A stretch of 64,000 nt of DNA from Octopus sinensis (Eukaryota), in assembly GCF_006345805.1 (NCBI RefSeq), contig NC_043001.1, positions 43,400,001 to 43,464,000 of the forward strand. Reading direction: 5' to 3'. The position numbers and the translations under genes were made by a program. The notes under the pieces were generated by a model. That model did no database searches, was not told the origin of the DNA, and saw nothing but the letters and a program-made list of their open reading frames with translations. Below, in pieces: positions 50,077 through 63,787 of the stretch (positions within the stretch are counted from its first letter, which is position 1; each line of letters opens with the position of its first letter).

Positions 50077-50745
50077 GTACTGAGAAAAATATATTTCTGC
50101 CATTGCATTCTTTGAAGCAATCATCATCATCATCATCGTTTAATGTCCGTTTTCCATGCTGGCATGGGTTGGACAGTTTGATTGAAGTCTAGAGAGCCAG
50201 CAGCTGCACCAGGCTCCAATCTGATCTGGCAATGTTTCTACAGCTTGATGCCCTCCTCAATGCCAACCACTCTGAGATTGTAGTGGGTGCTTTTTATGTG
50301 CCGCCGGTACAAGAGCCAGTCAGGCGGGCCTGGCATCGACCACATTCGGATAGTGCTTTTTATGTGCCACCGGCATGGGGGCCAGTCAGGGGGTACTGGC
50401 ATCAGCCATGTTCAGATGTTGCTTTTTACATGCCACTATTACGAGAGCCAGTCAAGGTTTACTGGCATCAACCACTTTTGGATGGTGCTTTTTACATGCC
50501 ACCAGCATAGGGGCCAGTCAGATAGGTGGTCCTGGTGTTGATCATAGTTTGGATAGTTCTTTTTACATGCCATTGGCATGGGAGCCAGTCAGGAGGTACT
50601 GACATCGGTCATATTCAGATGTGGTTTTTGTTATTTGCCACTGCCAATATCAATGGTAAAACTTTGATGAGTTGTTATTCTATTTTTAGTAAATTTTTGA
50701 ATTTTTATTTTACCTTCCTCTGCTGAAACTGCAAGATACACTATA

Positions 50746-52017
50746 TGAGGGTGAGCTGAAAAGTTCTTAGGCTGACCAAGATACTCTCATGGAATATAAC
50801 CAAATGAGGTTTATTTTTCAACATAATCCCCCTCGTGGTCCACACACTTCTTCCATTGGTGTTGCAGTGCTTGGATCCCATTGCTGAAGAAGCTTTTATC
50901 CTGTTGGTAAAAAAGTCATGAACAGCAGATATGACGTCATCATCACTGCAGTACTAGTTCCATATCAAATATTTTTTCATGTTGGGGAACATGATAGTTA
51001 GATGTGGCCAACTCAGGAGAACAAGGAGGAGGATCAATCAGTTCAAAGATATAGTCACGTATAACAGCCATTGAAAGCAAGGACTTGTGTGCTGGAGCAT
51101 TGTCCTGATGAATGCTCCAGTCCTGATGAAACAGGATCCCTTTCATCAGTTTTCCTGGGCTTTTAGTCTTGATAACCTTTTGTAACTGCTTTGGCAAGTT
51201 GGCATAGTACTTTCTATTGATGGTGTGACCCTTTTGAAGATAGTCAATAAACACAATGCCTTTTGCATCCTAAAAAAACTGAGGTCATCACCTTCTCTGC
51301 AGATGAATGACCTTGGCATTCTTTGGAGCTGGTGAGGAGGCATGTTTCCACTGCATGGATTGTCTCTTCGTCTCTGGGTGAAAGTGATGAAGCCAACTCA
51401 TCCTGGGTTAGACAACATTTAAGGAAACCAGTTGGATCAGCCTCAAATAATGTCAGATTTCCCGTGATGTGATCAGCCTGGTGTGCTTTTGATCAGGTGT
51501 CAGATGTACAATTGAGCAGAAACCTTCATCATGTCAAGTTCATTGTGCAGAATATTATCAACTCCCTCAAGGGATATGCTAATATCATTGGCTATTTGAT
51601 TTATAGTCAGTTACCTGTCATCCATCACCATGTTTTTCTCAGTGGTGGTAGTTGCAGGTTGAAAGTAGGTCAATTTCAAGACTCTCCTTTCCTCTCCTAA
51701 ATTCAGCTGTCCACTTTTGCACTGTTGATAAAGCTGGAGTATCATCTCTTAATGTACCAAGCATATCAGCATGAATGTCTTTGGAAGCTAAGCCCTTTTT
51801 ACTGCAAGCACTTGATAAAACCACGATGCCAAATTTTGTTCATTTTCAAGAGAAGTCACTACTAGTTAGTTTTGAAGTTTTCTTTGAACAGTCAGATGTC
51901 AGTTTAGCTGGAAAGAAGCAATGCAGTTAATAATGATAGTTGAAATTAATACATGCAAGATTGCACAGCTGTAGCATCACTCCATAGTCAGCCTATGAAC
52001 TTTTCAGCCCACCCTTG
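50746..52017 (-). mobile_element. Full-length but decayed mariner (about 1.27 kb)
   Basis: TIRs GAGGGTGAGCTGAAAAGTTC.TAGGCTGAC / GTCAGCCTATGAACTTTTCAGCCCACCCT, TA flanks; TQDESW, HQDNAPAH, PPCSPELATSN motifs with stops. Confidence 0.92.
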
Positions 52018-54010
52018 TACAATAAAAGTTATTGATTTCATCAACCCTATCTGAGTTGACCAATGATAAGGAGTTAGCTTATTACAATCTGGTCATTTAG
52101 AGTTTGGTTTGTTGGCTATTATTGTAGTTAATAACCTTCCAGTTATTATTGTTGAGTAGCTTTAGTCAGGATATAACTAATTGAATGATTAGGAACAACC
52201 CACATATTCACTACTCTGGGTATGCCAAAAAATGTCTGGCTTGTCAGTGTGAGTTGAGATTATTTTCTTTGATTTATGCCAGACTTAGGACTTGTAGTTC
52301 TAATTTTAGAGATTGCAGAGAGTTTTTGATGGAAATTTCTTTACCATTATGTACAAGCTCTCCTACTGAAATTTCATTGTCTTACAGTGTTTGATTTTTC
52401 ATGTAACAGTCAAACATGTTTAATCTAGTTTTCTGTCCAAATTCTGATTAATGTTCAGCACTTTTGTACACAGTTACATAAACTCATATATGGAGTATTG
52501 TGGTGTTAGATAACTGACTTGAAATATATACATACATAACAATTCCATGTGAGATCATTACATTGTTATCAATGTATATTATTATATTTGGTTATGTTAA
52601 TTCAGTTGAAAAAGATAACCCTCTTTATGGTTGAGTAATATTAAGAAAGTTTGGTGGACTAGCAAAATTGTTAGTGTTGGAAAAAATGCCTTCTGGTATT
52701 TGTTCTGTTTCTTTACATCTTGAATTCAAAGTCTGCTGCGGTCACAGTCACCTTTGAGTCCTCCAGAGTCAATGAAATAAAGTACCAATTAAGTACTAGG
52801 ACCAATGTAATCAACTAACCCTCTCCCCTCAAAAATTGCTGGCCTCATACCTAAATTATAAAGAATTAGGAGAGGTACCAAACCATAGTAGATTGCATGC
52901 AAATAAAAATGTAAACTAACTGTGTGAACCCTTGCTAAAATAGGATTATGTGTATGTGGTTTTCTGTCTGGCCATAATAATGGTCCCATAACATAACTCA
53001 TTGGTTTGTTAGGGTGTTTGTGAAAATTTAATTTTAATGTATTATGTCTATGATATGTATGCTTGATGAGTCTGCACTGCTTGAAGCTATACTCATAGGT
53101 GGAATGAACTCAGTCTTGCAATTGAGATATTTGTCTATTTTATAGTACTTCTGTTACCCATATACAGATAAGTGAACTGAACCATTTGAGAGTTAAATAG
53201 TTATAATGTAGTACTGGTTAACTAGCACTCTGTCAGTTATAATGACAAGTGTTCCAGTTGATCTGACCACTGGAATAGCTTGCTCCTGAAATTAATGTGC
53301 AAATAGCTGAGCCCTCCACAGACACACATACCCCTAACATAGTTCTCAGGGAGATTCAGTGACATGGAATGTGACAAAGCCTTTGAATTACAGGTACAAT
53401 TCATTTTTGCCAGTTGAGTGAACTGGAACAATGTAAAAATAAAGTGTTTTGCTCAGGACACAAAATGTCACTGGGTATTGAACTCGTAACCTTATGATTG
53501 TGAACTGAATACCCTAACCACTAAGCCACACAACTGGTGACAGACTATAAATCGTGGATTTCTGCTGATTGTTTAGTACTTTTCTTCTGTCTCTCCTTTA
53601 ATGATATGGTATTTACTTTATAAAACAATGTTCAAGTTAACATAATGTTTGGCATATCTTGTTTCAATATTCGTTCTAGCATATGGATTTATGTGCATAT
53701 GTTGAAATCATTAAGTATACAGGAATCATCATATGATTTCTATTTTACTATTCAGATGATTAAACTTATATTTCTTGTATATGTAGGTGTTTATAACATG
53801 ATATAAGTGTTTGAGCTTTAACAGTTTTTTTTTTATTGTCTAAAAAAAAAAATCACCTGTGTCTGTTTCTTAAAAGCTGTTTCTTTTATCATCATTATTT
53901 TATTTCTTCTTATTGACTTAATTAAGGATGTGCTAACTTCTTTGAAGTTTTATGTTTTATTTTAAAGTGTGCTAACTTCATTGAAGTTTTATGTTTTATT
54001 TTATATTCAG

Positions 54011-54074
54011 CCTTTCCGTTGATGAAATCAAAGCGAATGCCAAACATATCTTTGAAAATAAATCCCCTCTTGAG
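54011..54074 (+). CDS. Exon of the SNAPC2-like gene (LSVDEIKANAKHIFENKSPLE)
   Basis: TGCTAAC branch point, T-rich tract, attcag| acceptor, GAG|GTAATT donor, phase 2->0. SVDEI and SPLE parallel SEAEI and APIE(VW) of SNAPC2. Confidence 0.55.
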
Positions 54075-55019
54075 GTAATTACTGATCACTATTTTTCATA
54101 TTGTTGGTTGTTTGATTTGGTGTAAATGTTAGTATGGTTTTGTGTTAAAATGTAGACGTCATCTTTGCTTTTCATCTTTCTGGGATTAATATAATATTTC
54201 TGATAATTTACTGGAATCAGTTCAGTTAACTATATCATTTCTTCACAAGAATCAGTATTATAGGTGTTTTGTATTTACTATAATGTGCTTTTAAATGTTT
54301 TTTTATGCTGCAAGCCACTTTTTTCTGGAAAAGAAAGATGGGACCTTGAAGTCCCCACCAAGGGAGTTTTGTTTTGCTGGTCACTTTTTATTTTTCAGGT
54401 TATTTTGCATGCTTTCAATGAATGTGACATCGAAATCACATATTAACAGCTCCTTTTTCCAGAAAAAGAAAGATTTGGTTGCTATTTCTAGCATGCCTTG
54501 CTAACATGTAACAACTATTTGTGTTCATACCAAAATGTTTTCCAACTTTTTCCCTTCCATTTATTTTTTCCACTTTATTGAAATCTATAATTCTCTGTTG
54601 ACATCCACCTCAGTTAATTTTGCTTTTCTCCCACTTCTGTGCTTTCTGGAAGAAAAGCCAGTTCTGGATGCTATAGTTGTCTGCCTTGTTGCCACGGTCA
54701 AGAATCATTCACAGTGTGGTGGTCAAGACTCTCTCTGGCATATATAATAATTACATTCCAGCTAGAAAGATAGATATACCATTATATGCATAGCTTATAC
54801 TAATGTACATCACTTGCTGTCCAGGCTCTCTAAGCAATGCACATCTGTCCACGAAAGGATGGAAAAATTGCTACTCCTGTGAATCAACGACTAGCAACTC
54901 GCAGGAGGCATGATTACGGAGACTGTTGTTTGCAAGAAAGTATGAGCGCTCTATGGGGATCTCCTGAAGCAGAACCCTGGAACATCAATGGAGGAGACAT
55001 CAGCAGACATATTTAAGGC

Positions 55020-55420
55020 CAGTTACAGTTACTTTTGATAATTTCAAGAGGACTGGTGTTCATAGCATTGTCAGGTATGGAAAAGCAGCGAGTTCTGACA
55101 TGAAAAGAGAAAATGACAGGCCACAAGCCTATGAAAGATAGGCTAACTCTTGTCCTTTGCATCAATGTGAGTGGAGACGTGAAGATTAAGCCACTCCTTG
55201 TCTACTATTCTGAAAACCCATGAGCATTCAAGTCGCACAAAATCCTAAAGGAGAAGCCACAGATCATGTGGAGGGCAAATATTGAAGCCTGTGTCACCAG
55301 GCAATTCTTTTCTGGGTGAGTCAGCCTTATCTTCAGACCAGCAGTGAAAAAGTACCTTCTGGAGAACAATCTTTCTCTCAAGGCCCTCCTCATCCTCGAC
55401 AATGCTCCTGAAGGTGATAT
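55020..55420 (+). mobile_element. Tigger/pogo transposase (DDE_1) fragment
   Basis: KPMKDRLTLVLC.NVSGD.KIKPLLVYYSENP and LENNLSLKALLILDNAP. Confidence 0.8.
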
Positions 55421-55789
55421 GGTGGTGGAACAGTGAAGTAGATATGGCCATAAAAGCAAATAGGTATGCTTGGAAAGAGTGAGAAAATGTGGGCAACAAA
55501 GAATGATATCTGATAGCTAGATGGGAAGCTAGATGACAGGTCTATTTATCAAGGGGAGAAGCAGAAAGGAAGAGGTTTGTTTGTGTTTTACAACATGAGG
55601 ATCAGAGGTGAGAGATGTTCTGGATTGCAAGACAGTGTGTAAGAGAGATCGAGATGTGGGAGAGAAGTTTGTATAGATGGATAGCAGTATGCTTGTACTT
55701 AATGATCTTGAAAATAAGAGGCATGAATGTACTACTATGAAAGGTTATTAAGTGTGGAGAATGCATGGGAGAAAGGAGAAAGACAGTCT

Positions 55790-56160
55790 CCCCATTGTTA
55801 ACCCAGAAGAGGGACCAGTTATCAGTTGACAATAGTATGAAAGGGAAAACAAAGACAAGAAAAGCTCCTGGTCCATCATGAATCACTGCTGTGATGCTTA
55901 AAATATCTGGTAGTGTAGGTTATAGCCTTGTTGCCTGTATAGTTGATAAGGTAATTTAGGAAGGTGTGATTTCCAATGACTTTTGTAGTAGCATTATAGT
56001 CAGCTGTTAAAGGGTAAAGGAGATGCCTCACAATTAATTACAGAGGTATCAAATTGCTGGATCAGGTCAGCAAAGTTACAAAGAAAGTTATAGCCCAATT
56101 AATAAGAAACAGTGTTAGACTTGAAATGTAGTTTGGCTTTGTGCCCAGGAAAAGTATGTA
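55790..56160 (+). mobile_element. RTE LINE reverse-transcriptase fragment
   Basis: KAPGPS.ITAVMLK, YRGIKLLDQV, FGFVPRKS. Confidence 0.75.
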
Positions 56161-57850
56161 CCTCCACTTTTAACAAACACTTGTTTATGCTCCAAGCCTT
56201 TGAGAGTTCCTGGACCAAGTCATCTTTTACACTAATTTCTATTATAAAACCATGTCACCATTTTTGTGGGACTGCACCATACTTGTTCTAACTTGGTGAT
56301 GTAGTTCACCTCAATTTCTCTAAACACATTCTGTGAATCTCCTTCTAGTAGCATGTACAGCATTCAAATGAATCTCCTTCTAGTAGCATGTACAGCATTC
56401 AAATGAATCTCCTTCTAGTAGTTTGTACAGCATTCAAATTACTTGCTATAACTTCACTAGTTGAAGTAGCTTCTAATGTTGGAAGATTATTATTTAGAAT
56501 AGAAGGCAGATTGGGATTTCTTCTGAAAACAAGTTGATTTTGGATTTACCCATGAACATTGTGAAGGTCAGTTTTGGCACTTTTGGCACTTACGACTGAT
56601 GCTAGAGTCGCTTCAAAACTACACCCTGTATCTTCAACTGCTTTCTTCACCAGTTTTTCCAATACACTATAATGTTATTTATTGAATCCGCTGTTCCATG
56701 GACTCTGGTCTTTTTGATATGTACCGTAATATTTAAGTTCTATGCCATCTCTGAAAACAATTGGTTATCAAACTCTGTTCTCATTGGTCAGAATAGAACC
56801 TGAAGTCCCAAAATATGCTATCAGGTGTTTGAATTTAGCATATACACAATCCTTACTATGGAAGGTACGGCCAATACATATCACTTGAAAGTCTTACCAT
56901 CATGTCTTATAGAGTTTGCTTCTTTATGTCCCCTTCTACTCCAATTTTCAAAACTTCAATGATTTGAAAGTTAAGAGAGACGTTTGTGTGATCAGCAACC
57001 ATAATAAATTTCATTATATTTTTTCCTATTAGTAGCCTTTTTAAAATTATTTCCCTTAAACTGGAAATCTCTTAAATAGACGATATATTCTTTAGTACTG
57101 GTATCCATTAATAAGAATTATCTCTCCTACATTGGAAATCATATAGTGGACATAATTACTTCAGTAGCCATGTTTAATTTGCGGAGTTAACTGGTACTCA
57201 TCAATAAAATAAGTTATGCTTCTACTTTTCTTTAATACTGTTAAATCTTATCGACTATTTATAAATGTATAGCTAAATTATAACGTCTTCATTTATGTTG
57301 TAAATTTATTTTATGTTACTGGGACCTGAAGAGTGGCTATATATCATTGAATATTTTTAAGAATATCGATTTTGATATTGTCGATTTGAATATATCATCA
57401 CGAAATGCGCATCGTCGTTTTAATGTGTTTTATTTAGTATAGTAATTTTTAATACAATATTAATAATATATTTAAATTTATATTTTATTATAGATAATAT
57501 CTTTCATTATTTGTTGAATTACTTTATGGAGGTTCTGTCTCTTAATTCTCTCTATATATATATATCTATGCATAACTTTTTTTTAGTTGCTTTGATACAG
57601 ATATAACATTAGCTCATCCACCATAACTTTAATTAATTATTCAAATGACTCTTACACAGTAAACACCATAAACATAGTACATCCTCTAAAAGAACCATAA
57701 ATAATTTCTGGTAGAGTTGTTTCATTCCATCATCAGTATTTAAAGTGGAAACGGCTTCTCCAGCTTTACCTTCCAGCATTAGGAAGACGGCGGGCTTTTG
57801 TCTTTCAAGTTCTAAGCTGGTCACTAATTCCTAAATTGGCATTTTTTTCA
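56160..57850 (-). mobile_element. Decayed LTR-retrotransposon relic (gag-like and integrase-like pieces)
   Basis: LELERQKPAVFLMLEGKAGEAV..DGMKQLYQKL gag-like; QSPWNSG and NQLVFRRNPNLP integrase-like; interrupted by AT-rich DNA and a 35-bp tandem. Confidence 0.55.
56335..56439. repeat. 35-bp tandem repeat, 3 copies
   Basis: Unit GAATCTCCTTCTAGTAGCATGTACAGCATTCAAAT. Confidence 0.9.
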
Positions 57851-58999
57851 TTCAGGACTCATAATTTTTTTGTTTTTAGTGGAGGTGGTGTAAGTGACTT
57901 TGAATCCATCTGTATTCATTAATGTTCCTCTGCTACTCATCATCGTCGTTTTAACATTCACTTTTCCATGCTTGTATGGGCTGAATGGAATTTGTTGTGG
58001 CAGATTTTCTATGACCAGATCCTCTTTCACCAACCCTCATTTGTTTTGAAGCAAAGTAATATTTCCCTCATAACCAGACATGTTTTCACAACATTTGAAA
58101 TGAAGGACACTTCTTGCATTATGGTGACAGTTGTTTACAACTATCACGTGAAACATCAGGCTCACAATCATGAGGTAGTAAGTTCGATTCCCAGACTGAG
58201 CTGTGTGTTGTGTTCTTGAGCAAGACACTTTATTTCACATTGCTCCAGTTCACTCAGCTGTAGAAATGATTTGTGATGTCACTGGTGCCAAGCTATATTG
58301 ACCTTTGCCTTTCCCTTGGACAACATAGGGAGTGTGGAGAGGGGAGGCTGGTATGCATGGGCGACTACTGGTCTTCCATAAACAACTTTGCCCAGACTTG
58401 TACCTTGGATGGTAACCGAAGGGGCATTTACACTTTTACTCTTCACCCTTTATCATGTGATGTCAAGATACACACACAAAAACATATACAACGGGCTTCT
58501 TTCAGTTTCTGTCTACCAAATCTACTCACAAGGCTTTGGTCAGCCAAAAATTATAGTATAGTAGAAATTAATTGCCCAAGTTGCCACACTGTGGGATTGA
58601 ACTCGGAATCATGTGGTTGGGAAGTAGACTTCTTACCACAAAGCCACGTCTGCGCCTACCTAATGTTATACACAGCGCTACTAGTGTTAAATGATTAACA
58701 ACACTTTATAAAATAAAGGTAACTTTATAAAATAACCAACTCAACAACAACAACAAACATGTCAGCCAATGTCACCCGTCTCTCTTTCTGTCTCGTACTT
58801 ACCTTGCAGGCTGATTGTTTCCCTTTAAGTAGGAATTGTCTCCCTTCAACAATTAACTGGTTGGATGGTTCGCTAGGGTCCGGGTTCTTATATAGAGTTA
58901 CCGCCCACCTTTCTACACGTTGGCGGCTCGTTCGTTCATCTTAGTTTTGGCTTAGTTTCTATGGCTGGATGACCTTCCTGTCGTCAGTCACTTTACTGT

Positions 59000-59320
59000 G
59001 GAGGCACATGGCCTAGTGATTTGAGCAGCGGACTCGCGGTCGAGGGATCGCGGGTTCGAATCTCAGACCGGACGATGTGTGTGTTTATGAGCGAAACACC
59101 TAAGCTCCACACGTCTCTGGCAGAAGGTAATGGCGAAACTTCTGCTGACTCTTTCGCCACAGCTTTCTCTCACTCTTTCCTCCTGCATCTTGCAGCTCAC
59201 CTGCGATGGACCGGCGTCCCGTCAAGGTGGGGAACCTATACGCCAAGAAACTGGGAAACCGGCCCTTATGAGCCAGGCATGGCTCGAGAAGGAACAAAAC
59301 AAAACAACAACAACAACAAA
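59000..59320 (+). mobile_element. Young CpG-rich tRNA-derived SINE with (AAC)n tail; related decayed SINEs at 11812-12235(-) and 53225-53530(-)
   Basis: A-box TGGCCTAGTGA, B-box GGTTCGAATC, non-tRNA body and simple-repeat tail. Confidence 0.75.
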
Positions 59321-60213
59321 AAACCACTTTACTGAGTGGCTGGTGTTAGTGGGCTATAAAGGAAAGATGACCAAGCATAGCGTTATATGGCATGTGCCAA
59401 ATGAAAAGGCACATTGCGTTTATTGCTCTAGCTATTAGCTGCAGTCATTTGGAGATCATTAGCTTCATGAATGTAGCTTGGTCATTCACGTTCAAGGTCA
59501 GGAAAGAGCTGGAAGTCAGTGTTGGGGATTTATTGTTCTTGGTCAAGAGGAAGAAATTCAGGTGTTAAAAGGAGATGAAATATGAGGAGAAAAGCAGATT
59601 AACTACTGTTGACAGAACATGGTAGAGAAGGGGGGTAACAGAAGAGACAGTAATGACTAGGGAGTAATGAAAAAGAAAGAATAGTGGCGGAGAGAGAGAG
59701 AGAGGGAGATGTATGAGTGTTATGAGAAGGATATCTTATGCAATCCCTCATAAAATGGGTGAATATTAGTGGGTGGAAATGAAAAAAACGTGCAAAATAT
59801 AGAGACAAAGAGAGTGTTGAAGAGAAGGTGGAATCGTGGAGAAAGAAAGTCTGTGACAAAGAATACAAGAGTTGTAGAGGCAGGGTGCTGAGAAGGTGTT
59901 AAGATGGTGAAGAAACCACGAGGAGAAGGTTTCAAAGAAAGAGAGGCTGGAAGAAGGGGAAGGCAGAGGATAAAAGCATCTCAGTCACCTTTTTGCACAC
60001 AGTCATGCTGGTTCTTCTGTGCAGTATGATTATTTAATTAAAAAGATAAAATAAAAAATAAAAAAATTACTGTCAGAGAAATGAAACACTGTTAGTAAAA
60101 AAAAAAATATCATTTGACATAAATTTAAATCAAGCTCTTTCATTTAATGAAACAAAATTTCTTCTGTTCGACTCACTGTTTTAAAATATAGACACAGCAT
60201 TATCCATACACAC

Positions 60214-61150
60214 CCAGGGTGTATCAGGTATATGTGAACTTAACTTCAGTGATCCATAAATGAAGACAATGTTATATGGTTTGTGTCAAATGAAAAGACA
60301 CATTGTATTTATGGTTCTAGCAACAGTAACTTGGAGATCACTGGCTTTTTGAATGTGACTTGGTCATTCCTGTTCAAGGTCAGAAAAGAGCTGGAGGTCA
60401 CTGTTGGGGATTTGTTCTTGGTCAAAAGAAAGAAACATTCTCAGTGGGACGTCATCCAAATTGATGAGGGTAATTACTGAGCAGTGAAGTTTACTATCAG
60501 TTGTATGTGATGCAGGGAGAGCGGTTCATGTCCAGAAAAACTTTGCAGAATAGGGTTCTTTAGTAAAAATGTATGTTGAACAAGCTCAAGTTTGTTCTGA
60601 GAAAGCATCATGCTCAGTTTCTTCATTGATGTGAAGAACTTTACCCAGAACCAGAAAAGGAACAGAATGAATAGTTGGTGGTTCTGTGTAGACTTCATAG
60701 ATGTTCTTGCGTATCAAATTCCTGCTTAATGAGCAATGGCAGCCATGTTACACTACCTCACTTCTTCTACTAAGGGCCTCAGAGTCAATGCCATTGCTTA
60801 CATTGAGGTACCAAACATGCTTGTCAAGCCCTGATTGAGAGATTGGCTCAAGGAAAATTGGACACATTCCAGCAGGACTCTTTCATATCACATGGCCCTC
60901 ATGTAACTAATTGACAATTATGTGACCTTAACATATGGCTTATTTCTGAATTGAAACTGCTGATTACAACTGGATTATCATTGAGAGGGAGACCAATTTG
61001 TGGCACCATAATACCAAATGTTCATTGAGGATTGCCATTGAGGACTTGAGGGTAACCTGAATAAGAACCATCTGATCCTGGCATGCAGCTGCTTCTCTGT
61101 TGCATCAAAGATATCATTAGTGTGTTTTTATTGAATAATCTGTTTCTTTA
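60214..61150 (+). mobile_element. Decayed Tc1/mariner (maT-like) element; its 5' part is duplicated at about 59350-59560
   Basis: CAGGGTG start, FQQDS motif, about 200-bp similarity to 59350-59560. Confidence 0.55.
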
Positions 61151-62225
61151 CCATATCTAGTTGGACATGGGTACCATTTTTATGGTAATATATTGTATTT
61201 TTTCTGTTTCATATTAGTTCTTTTTTCTTATATTTTATGTTGCTCTCAATTTCTCTTTCTCTGTTGCTCTCAATTTCTCTTTCTCTGTGTGTGTGTATGT
61301 ATTGCATGTATTTGTGTATCTATGTAATGTATGTATTTTTGTATGTAATATAATGTATGCATGCATTGTTTTAATGGAATTGCGAGTTTAGCCAACAAAA
61401 CTTAGCTTCCTTAATTTCCTACTGTTATAGCTTATTTCCTGTCTTGTTACAAGAAACCTACTAAGATTTAGCTTAGTCATTTGTTTTAGCATTTATCTTG
61501 TTGTACTAGTCAGTAGGTCAACATTGTCAGTGTATGCAATGGAAAATAATTGGTGTAGGATTCTTATGTGGTGTTTCATCTTACTTAATGCTGTTGCTAT
61601 TGAAGTCATGGACTCTATAAATTTAATATAAACATATTAGCAGCAGTAATTATTCTTGCAACATCACTTCTTGCATTGGTTTTGTTCCTGTTAACAGAAC
61701 ACTTATCAATTATATAGTGTTTTTTGCCATCTACCATTAGTGTGCATTTTTGTCTGAGAGGAGATTTGGTATTACTAAAGTTTATGTTTCCTTTTTAACA
61801 TCTCTGGTAACATCAGATGCCCAGCTGAAGCAGGAAGCATCAAGTTATGGTAATAGTGAGAGTAAGCGAAGGTAATATAGAAATGAGGACAGTAGCTATC
61901 TTGATAAAAACTTTGTCAGCAGAATATGTCTATGTAGTTTAGATGTTCCTTTCACAACTATGCAGTGTGCATTTAATCTCTATGGGCAAGTGTTTTCTGG
62001 CATATACCCTGTAAGGAAGTGTAATTTTGTACACTGGAAACTGTGCAGAAGCCTCTCTTTCTTTCTCTGTCTCACACACATGCATGCAGTAGCATCATTA
62101 TCCTCTCTGTGATCATCGTCATTATGATTATTTGCATGAAGATGACGCTGGTAATGTCTCATCTCTGTTGAAAAGTTTATCTCAGTGTGGTTTGCCATGG
62201 GTATGATAGTCTGACAAAAGTCCCA

Positions 62226-62450
62226 AGCTGGCAGAAACGTTAGCACGCCGAGCGAAATGCATAGCCGTATTTCGTCTGCCGTTATGTTTTGAGTTCAAAT
62301 TTCGCCGAGGTCGACTTTGCCTTTCATCCTTTTGGGGTCGGTTAAATAAGTACCAGTTACGCACTGGGGTTAATATAATCGACTTAATCCGTTTGTCTGT
62401 CCTTGTTTGTCCTCTCTGTGTTTAGCCCCTTGTGGGTAGTAAAGAAATAG
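62226..62450 (+). mobile_element. SINE family A copy
   Basis: Matches 1977-2208 (reverse complement) and 63788-64000; B-box-like GAGTTCAAAT and central GCCTTTCATCCTTT..GGGGTCG domain. Confidence 0.85.
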
Positions 62451-62779
62451 ATTATTGCCAAATTCAAGGGCCTGAAGGCATAACTGAAGTTAAATCACTC
62501 AATCAGATAGCAAACACAACTTGCTGGGTGCTCGCTAATACCCTGCTGTTTTCACAAACACATGCAGACATACACACATGTATGTGAGGAGAAAATGTTT
62601 ACTTATTTCCACGTGAATGAGCCATTTTGGTGATAGAAAAGGAAATGATTGGTTCATTAAGGCTCAGTATATTGTTGATCCTTAATTTATTGATTCCTGC
62701 CAATAAGGAATTCTTATGATAGTCTGACCTGCTAGATGTAGCGTACAAGTCCCCTCTCATATCAAATATAGAAGAAAGA

Positions 62780-63740
62780 TGATGGTATCACAACTAAATT
62801 CGATTTTGTGATATTTGGAAGATCTTGGGAAGTGTCTATCTAATGCTGTGAAAAATTCCTGGCCTATTTTGAATTTCACGTGTGAATTGAAGACCTGGTT
62901 AAACCAAATAATTTCATCAGTTATTTTTCCATTTCTTTTAATATATCTTTTGGGTTTGTTAATGTATTCGACTGCTTCGTTATCATTATTACTATTGGTT
63001 ATCATTATTACTATTGCACCAGCATCTCTTTAGTTATCGAGGCAATCAAAATATGCCATGGAAATGACCATTAAACAAAGGGAAAAGGAAAAAAACTGAA
63101 GGGAGGAAATAAAAAGTAAAGGAGTAAAAATGCTCATAGCAATCGCTTGTACATGGACACAATATAAGAATCAAGTTCTATCATGCGTATGTGTGTGTGC
63201 TTGTTTGCAGGTATGGGAATGTGCACGTGTGTGTGTGCATGCATGTGTGTGGATATGTATGTGTACATGCATGGTTGCATATGTATATGTATTTTTTGGT
63301 GTGTGTAGGTGCACATGTGTGTGTTTCATGTGAGTATGAGTGAGCATATGCATATAGGCACATGTATGTGGGTGTGCGGGCATGCATGTGTATGTATGTA
63401 CATGCGCACATATGCGATTTCTATGAGCATTTTCACTCCTTTACTTTTTACTTCCTCCCCTTCAGTTTTTTCCCTTATTTAACAGTCATTCTAATAGCTT
63501 TTTTGTCTTAATAACAGTCAATTATATAGTAATTTCCCTTTGTTTTATGGTCATTTCCATAGCATATTTTGATTGCCTCGATAACTGAAGAGATGCCGGT
63601 GCAAGTTTTCACCTGACATCTGAAACTTGGAGTTTATTATGGCAACTGAATAATTGTCACATATAATATATTACAGATAAATTCCTCTATTTACATAATA
63701 TCGAGGTCTCTTTCATTCTTTTGTTGTCTTACCATTACTA
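62780..63740. mobile_element. Penelope-like element fragment with inverted pseudo-LTRs
   Basis: Minus-strand IIWFNQVFNSHVKFKIGQEFFTALDRHFPRSSKYHKI is a Penelope-like ORF motif; 63015-63146 is an inverted copy of parts of 63414-63604; hammerhead-like core at 63585-63626. Confidence 0.75.
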
Positions 63741-63787
63741 TATATATATATATATATAAAAGAATAGATTGGATAGGAAAGAGAATA

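Noticed and set aside
59000-59075. tRNA-like sequence with A and B boxes
   Set aside because: Continues into a SINE body and (AAC)n tail without a convincing acceptor stem; it is a SINE head.
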